From: Fastidiosibacter lacustris | GTDB lineage: Bacteria > Pseudomonadota > Gammaproteobacteria > Francisellales > Francisellaceae | NCBI RefSeq assembly: GCF_003428155.1 | Contig: NZ_QLIR01000001.1 | Span: 90,001 to 122,000, forward strand | DNA length: 32,000 nt | Direction of reading: 5' to 3' | In this document: positions 28,288 to 32,000 of the stretch, piece after piece | How positions within the stretch are numbered: the stretch's first letter is position 1 | How the letters are laid out: each line of letters opens with the position of its first letter | Made by a program: the position numbers and the translations under genes | The notes under the pieces: generated by a model | Database searches by the model: none | Seen by the model: only the letters and a program-made list of their open reading frames with translations | What the model was told of the DNA's origin: nothing

Positions 28288-29031
28288 ATGGAAGCACAAA
28301 ATATTAAAAATATTGATCTTAATTGCCATATTTTTACTCAGTTGAAAGATCAGATGCAAACGCTAATGCAACCGCTTAGCGACAAGCTTGGTTTAACCAC
28401 ATTAGTCTACCAGCGGAAATATGACAATGGAGAGGAAATAAGAGTCTCTAATCGTCCTGATTGGCTGGCTTACTACTACCAGCATGAACTTTACCTTGGC
28501 AGCCAATTTGAAATAGAGAAGAAATCCCATCCAGAGTTCGTGCTATGGCAGAGTATTGCAAAGTCACACAAAGCAGTATCGCACGCAGTTAAGTTTAATA
28601 TTGACCATGGTTTAACATATATCAATCCGCGACAAGGTTATAGGGAGTTGTTTTTTATGGGTGCTCCAAGCGATAACTCCTTGGTGATTAATCGAGTGAT
28701 TAATAATTTAAGTTTTGTGGCCAATTTTTCACAGCAATTTACATGCAAGGCCGAACATATGATCGCACAAGCTGAATCGCAAAAAGTCATTCTACCTCAG
28801 CAGGATGCGGTTCAGCGAGCGACGTTCAGACTCGACATTTTGTCGGCACGCGAGTTAATTGTTGCCAAAAAGCTGCTACTAGGCGGAAGTGCCAAGTGCA
28901 TAGCCTTGCAGATTGGTGGTTCATATCGCACTGTTGAAACCCATATTCAGAATATGAAAAGAAAACTCAATTGCCAAAGCAAGACTGCGTTAATTGCAGA
29001 ATTGTGGTTTTTAGGCTTAAAACCTGACTAG
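28288..29031 (+). CDS. LuxR-family transcriptional regulator (autoinducer-binding-like N-domain plus GerE/LuxR HTH)
   Basis: The C-terminal HTH is LSARELIVAKKLLLGGSAKCIALQIGGSYRTVETHIQNMKRKLNCQSKTALIAE. The N-domain has LuxR-receptor-like blocks (RPDWLAYYYQHELY; DHGLTYINPRQGYRELFFMGAP). It is divergent from the ATP-grasp/DMT pair. Confidence 0.85.
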   Translation: MEAQNIKNIDLNCHIFTQLKDQMQTLMQPLSDKLGLTTLVYQRKYDNGEEIRVSNRPDWLAYYYQHELYLGSQFEIEKKSHPEFVLWQSIAKSHKAVSHAVKFNIDHGLTYINPRQGYRELFFMGAPSDNSLVINRVINNLSFVANFSQQFTCKAEHMIAQAESQKVILPQQDAVQRATFRLDILSARELIVAKKLLLGGSAKCIALQIGGSYRTVETHIQNMKRKLNCQSKTALIAELWFLGLKPD

Positions 29032-29192
29032 ACCACAAATGCAGCTTTGCATTGACCATAGCTAATCCATTTTTGCTGCTATGTGAAGAGTCAAGGACTT
29101 GGCTAAAAAATTGCTTTATGGAACCTAGACTGATCAATTGTTCTATGTGAAAATGCCGCTGTCTACAGCAGTAGTTGAACAGGAGTTTTAAA

Positions 29193-29486
29193 ATGCCTAA
29201 TCAATATAGCGATAATTTTGAGTTAAATGTATTGAAAAAATATGGTAAGTCAGCCGAACAAGTGTTGAGTGACTTACATGATCAAGGGGTTTCGTATGTG
29301 AAAGCTTCTGAGATGATGGGTTATCAAGTTTGGACGGTTAAACGTTGGTGTCGACGCTATGGTATTAGCCTTGCTCAAAAAGAACTGATAGAGAGTAACA
29401 GTAACCGAGAGTTTATGAACAAGTTTCATGAGCAAGCACTCAATAAATACAATATATTAAGCCGAAAATGGGTGGCGTTGCATTAG
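29193..29486 (+). CDS. Small hypothetical protein with an HTH-like segment
   Basis: The ATG at 29193 has AGGAG (29181-29185) at a 7-nt spacing, which I prefer over the TTG at 29175 in the track. Size is 97 aa. The segment VSYVKASEMMGYQVWTVKRWCRRYGISL resembles resolvase/transposase-type HTH motifs. I recognise no family. Confidence 0.45.
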   Translation: MPNQYSDNFELNVLKKYGKSAEQVLSDLHDQGVSYVKASEMMGYQVWTVKRWCRRYGISLAQKELIESNSNREFMNKFHEQALNKYNILSRKWVALH

Positions 29487-29540
29487 AGGAAGATAGATTT
29501 ACACTATGTATTTAGATTGACAATAGAACTGCTATGGTTT

Positions 29541-30674
29541 CTAAGTTATGTTGGTTTGAGTAAGTCTAAATTCATTTGATTTTGGCAAGAGTACAAACAT
29601 CGTGCCAGGATGCTTCATATGACCTGCGTAATATTCGGCAAGTTCTCCATTGCCCCAAAAAATATCACCACGAATGGGACCATTAATCGCACCGCCTGTA
29701 TCTTGCGCAATTAGGAGCCTATCTAGTTTTTGAAATTTTTGTTCGGGTGTTTGATAACTGGTGCTTAGCCACACAGGGGTGCCATATTGATAATAGTTAT
29801 TATCGATTGCAATAGAATAACTAGGTGTTAATGGTACACCTTGAGCACCAATCGGATTGGAGTGGCTTAATACTCTGAAAAAAACAAAAGAAGGATCATA
29901 GTTCAATACTTTGTTTGCATGTTGCGGATGATCATATAACCATTTTTTGATCGATTGCATCGTAATTTCTTCACGAGGTATCAGCTTGTTTTCCAATAAA
30001 TAACGACCAATAGGTCGGTAAGGATGCCCGTTTTGACTGTCATATCCGACAAGAATGGTCTCGCCATTTGTAAGTTCTATTCTGCCAGATCCTTGAATTT
30101 GTAAAAATGTGCGCTCAATACGAGAGCCTACCCAAGCAATCACATCTTTTTTACTGAGATAATTGTTATTAGAAATTTCTTCACGTGTGTAATAAGGTAC
30201 AAGTTTACCTTTTACAATTCTGCCATATTGTGTGCCTGATTTTGTTTTCTTTTGCACTAAGTTGTTGGGTGTCTTATAAATAGGCACAGAATACTCCTCA
30301 TTACGGTATAAGCTACCAGAGATGGCTGGAGCATAATATCCTGTAAAAAGACCTTCGACTTTGTCATCATAACGAACAAGATAGGGAGAAAAGTTTTGCT
30401 CTATTATCTCTCGTGCTTTACGATCTGTATGGGCATAAGTAGCAAGAACGTTGTTGCAGCTAGTTATCCAGTTTTGGTTATAGTTTTTATTAGTTAGAAT
30501 GGCTTTACATGAAATTTGTAAGGCTTGATAAGCGTACATTTGATCACCACAGTCCCAGTTAGGTAAAATTTGATAGCTCACAGGTTCAAAGCTAATACTC
30601 GTGTTAGCAAAAGAACTAATAGGTAGAAAAAGGCTTAAAAGGTTTATTTTTAGGGCTTTGGGAATAAGGCTCAT
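29541..30674 (-). CDS. mltA: Membrane-bound lytic murein transglycosylase A
   Basis: It has MltA-specific and 3D-domain blocks: TGYYAPAISGS, FLQIQGSGRI, YRPIGRYL, and IAQDTGGAINGPIRGDIFWGNGELAEYYAGHMKHPGTMFVLLP. I prefer the ATG at 30674 (MSLIPKALKINLLSLFLPISSFA, signal-like) over the TTG at 30731. Confidence 0.85.
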   Translation of the reverse strand: MSLIPKALKINLLSLFLPISSFANTSISFEPVSYQILPNWDCGDQMYAYQALQISCKAILTNKNYNQNWITSCNNVLATYAHTDRKAREIIEQNFSPYLVRYDDKVEGLFTGYYAPAISGSLYRNEEYSVPIYKTPNNLVQKKTKSGTQYGRIVKGKLVPYYTREEISNNNYLSKKDVIAWVGSRIERTFLQIQGSGRIELTNGETILVGYDSQNGHPYRPIGRYLLENKLIPREEITMQSIKKWLYDHPQHANKVLNYDPSFVFFRVLSHSNPIGAQGVPLTPSYSIAIDNNYYQYGTPVWLSTSYQTPEQKFQKLDRLLIAQDTGGAINGPIRGDIFWGNGELAEYYAGHMKHPGTMFVLLPKSNEFRLTQTNIT

Positions 30675-30835
30675 ATTGTAAGAGATATATTTTTCATGCT
30701 GGTATTTTGGCGAGGATTCGATGGAAGTCAAGGCTATTTTTTGTTCTGAATATAAATTATATTTACATAGTTTGATGATGAATAATGATAAATAGCTAAA
30801 GCCTTAAGCTATAGAGATAAAAAGTAAGATATTTT

Positions 30836-30863
30836 CTTGAAATGCAAAAAAGCGCCCGCAATT
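30836..30863 (+). promoter_or_regulatory. Putative sigma-32 (heat-shock) promoter for grpE
   Basis: CTTGAAA (30836-30842), a 13-nt spacer, then CCGCAATT (30856-30863). This compares with the consensus CTTGAAA-N13-14-CCCCATnT, and 6 of 8 positions match in the -10 element. It lies about 45 nt upstream of the grpE ATG. Confidence 0.45.
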
Positions 30864-30906
30864 GATACGCCGTAATAAAAACAGATAAATCAAAATAGGT
30901 GTATCA

Positions 30907-31485
30907 ATGTCAAAAAAACATCATAAAGAATCCACAAATGAAATTGAACTTGAGCAGGGTGAAGATCAGATAGAATCAGTATCCCAAATGATTGATGAAG
31001 TATTAGTACTTAAAAAAGAGAATAATGAATTGCAAACTACAATCGCAAATATGCAAGAAACCGTTGCTACTGCGGATGATAAAGTTCTGCGTGCGCATGC
31101 TGAAATGGAGAATATTCGTCGTCGTGCGCAAAAAGATGTGGAAAATGCACATAAATTTGCACTAGAGAGATTTGCTAATGCGTTATTACCAGTGCTAGAT
31201 AGCCTAGAAAAGGCGGTTGAAGTTTCTGGTGAGTCAGATGAAGTAAAGGTAATGGCACAAGGCGTAACACTTACCATGAAAATGTTAGTTGATACATTAG
31301 AGAAATTTGGTGTGATACAGATTGATCCAATTGGTGAGGTATTTGATCCAAATAAGCATGAAGCAATGGCGATGTCACCTAATCCTGAAATGGATGATAA
31401 TATGGTAATGAACGTTTTCCAAAAAGGTTATGAGCTCAATAATCGTGTAATTCGACCTGCCCGTGTCTTGGTTGTGAAAAACTAG
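30907..31485 (+). CDS. grpE: Nucleotide exchange factor GrpE
   Basis: 192 aa with LRAHAEMENIRRRAQKD, LLPVLDSLEKA, FDPNKHEAM and VIRPARVLV. Confidence 0.95.
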   Translation: MSKKHHKESTNEIELEQGEDQIESVSQMIDEVLVLKKENNELQTTIANMQETVATADDKVLRAHAEMENIRRRAQKDVENAHKFALERFANALLPVLDSLEKAVEVSGESDEVKVMAQGVTLTMKMLVDTLEKFGVIQIDPIGEVFDPNKHEAMAMSPNPEMDDNMVMNVFQKGYELNNRVIRPARVLVVKN

Positions 31486-31509
31486 ATTTAAAAGAAGCTG
31501 AAAATAAAA

Positions 31510-31537
31510 CTTGAAAAATAAAAACGCGTCGGCATAT
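31510..31537 (+). promoter_or_regulatory. Putative sigma-32 (heat-shock) promoter for dnaK
   Basis: CTTGAAA (31510-31516), a 13-nt spacer, then CGGCATAT (31530-31537), with 6 of 8 positions matching CCCCATnT. It lies about 35 nt upstream of the dnaK ATG. Confidence 0.5.
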
Positions 31538-31570
31538 TCCTTGGCGTTAAATTAAAAGGAGATAACAACA

Positions 31571-32000
31571 ATGGGTAAAATTATTGGTATAGATTTGGGG
31601 ACAACGAATTCATGTGTTGCTGTTATGGATGGTAAGAATGCGCGCGTAATTGAAAACGCAGAAGGTGCGCGGACAACTCCTTCAATTGTTGCTTATACAG
31701 AAGGGGGTGAGATTCTCGTTGGTCAAGCAGCTAAACGCCAGGCGGTGACGAATCCGCATAATACGTTATTTGCTGTTAAACGTTTAATTGGTCGCAAGTT
31801 TGATGAAAAAGTTGTGCAACACGACATCGTTAAAAAAGTGCCATATAAAGTCATTAAGGCAGATAATGGTGATGCTTGGGTTGAAGTATTAAAAGATAAA
31901 AAAATGGCGTCACCTCAAGTTTCAGCTGAAGTGTTGCGTAAAATGAAAAAAACAGCAGAAGACTTTTTAGGTGAGAAAGTAACAGAAGCAGTTATTACTG
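31571..32000 (+). CDS. dnaK: Chaperone DnaK (Hsp70), 3' end outside the window
   Basis: [21 protein letters not shown]... then RTTPSIVAY and [19 protein letters not shown] lies upstream of the ATG. The frame is open to the end of the window. Confidence 0.97.
   Translation, partial: MGKIIGIDLGTTNSCVAVMDGKNARVIENAEGARTTPSIVAYTEGGEILVGQAAKRQAVTNPHNTLFAVKRLIGRKFDEKVVQHDIVKKVPYKVIKADNGDAWVEVLKDKKMASPQVSAEVLRKMKKTAEDFLGEKVTEAVIT

Noticed and set aside
25912-29486. Compositional (G+C) signature of horizontal transfer for the ligase/DMT/LuxR patch.
   Set aside because: Hand counts of 100-nt samples gave 37 (26001-26100) and 42 (28401-28500) G+C, against 39 in glmS (17001-17100). That is no clear difference, so I make no HGT claim from composition.
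25800-29503. The shared 8-mer GATTTACA at 25800-25807 and 29496-29503, as possible target-site duplication or att-like flanks of the accessory patch.
   Set aside because: It is too short and A/T-rich to be significant between two spacers of this size. No integrase, tRNA or longer repeat accompanies it.
27385-31277. Track ORFs 27385-27576 (+), 27596-27826 (+) and 30966-31277 (-).
   Set aside because: They are antisense to the ATP-grasp gene and to grpE, with low-complexity translations.
1-32000. A search by eye for tRNA/rRNA/tmRNA genes, CRISPR repeat arrays, integrases, toxin-antitoxin pairs or known defence genes.
   Set aside because: I found no T-arm-like GGTTCGAATCC-type segments, no regularly spaced direct repeats, and no ORFs with recombinase, nuclease-NTPase or TA hallmarks. 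All long ORFs are accounted for above. tRNAscan/Infernal and defence-system HMM scans would be the definitive check.

Overview
This is an AT-rich chromosomal segment (37-42 G+C in three hand-counted 100-nt samples), most likely from a gammaproteobacterium, and it is densely packed with housekeeping genes. In order: kdsC(partial)-lptC-lptA-lptB; tyrA-dtd (minus); a BetA-like GMC oxidoreductase; a decayed IS3-family transposase tail; ubiC-ubiA; a secreted choloylglycine-hydrolase-family Ntn hydrolase; sodB; grxD; lplA; prs; short-form rplY; a DAACS symporter; sbcB; tsaB-glmS-glmU (minus); nadK; the full glycine-cleavage operon gcvT-H-PA-PB (minus); mltA; grpE and the start of dnaK. Three features hint at a Francisella/Legionella/Coxiella-like lineage: split GcvP, a 96-aa L25, and lptB not followed by rpoN. 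That placement is inference only. I found no rRNA, tRNA, CRISPR array, intact mobile element or recognisable defence or toxin system. The only clearly non-housekeeping patch is about 25.9-29.5 kb. There, an ATP-grasp ligase (frameshifted in a short T run) overlaps a DMT/EamA permease gene, and this pair is divergently paired with a LuxR-family regulator that has no AHL synthase nearby, followed by a small HTH protein. That ligase/exporter/LuxR layout is my best candidate for an undescribed small-molecule synthesis, export and sensing module, but the idea rests on motif reading and gene context. Smaller observations are an IS3 relic, several perfect palindromes in intergenic regions, two short SD-preceded ORFs missing from the ORF track, an intrinsic terminator inside the gcv operon, and sigma-32-type promoters for grpE and dnaK.
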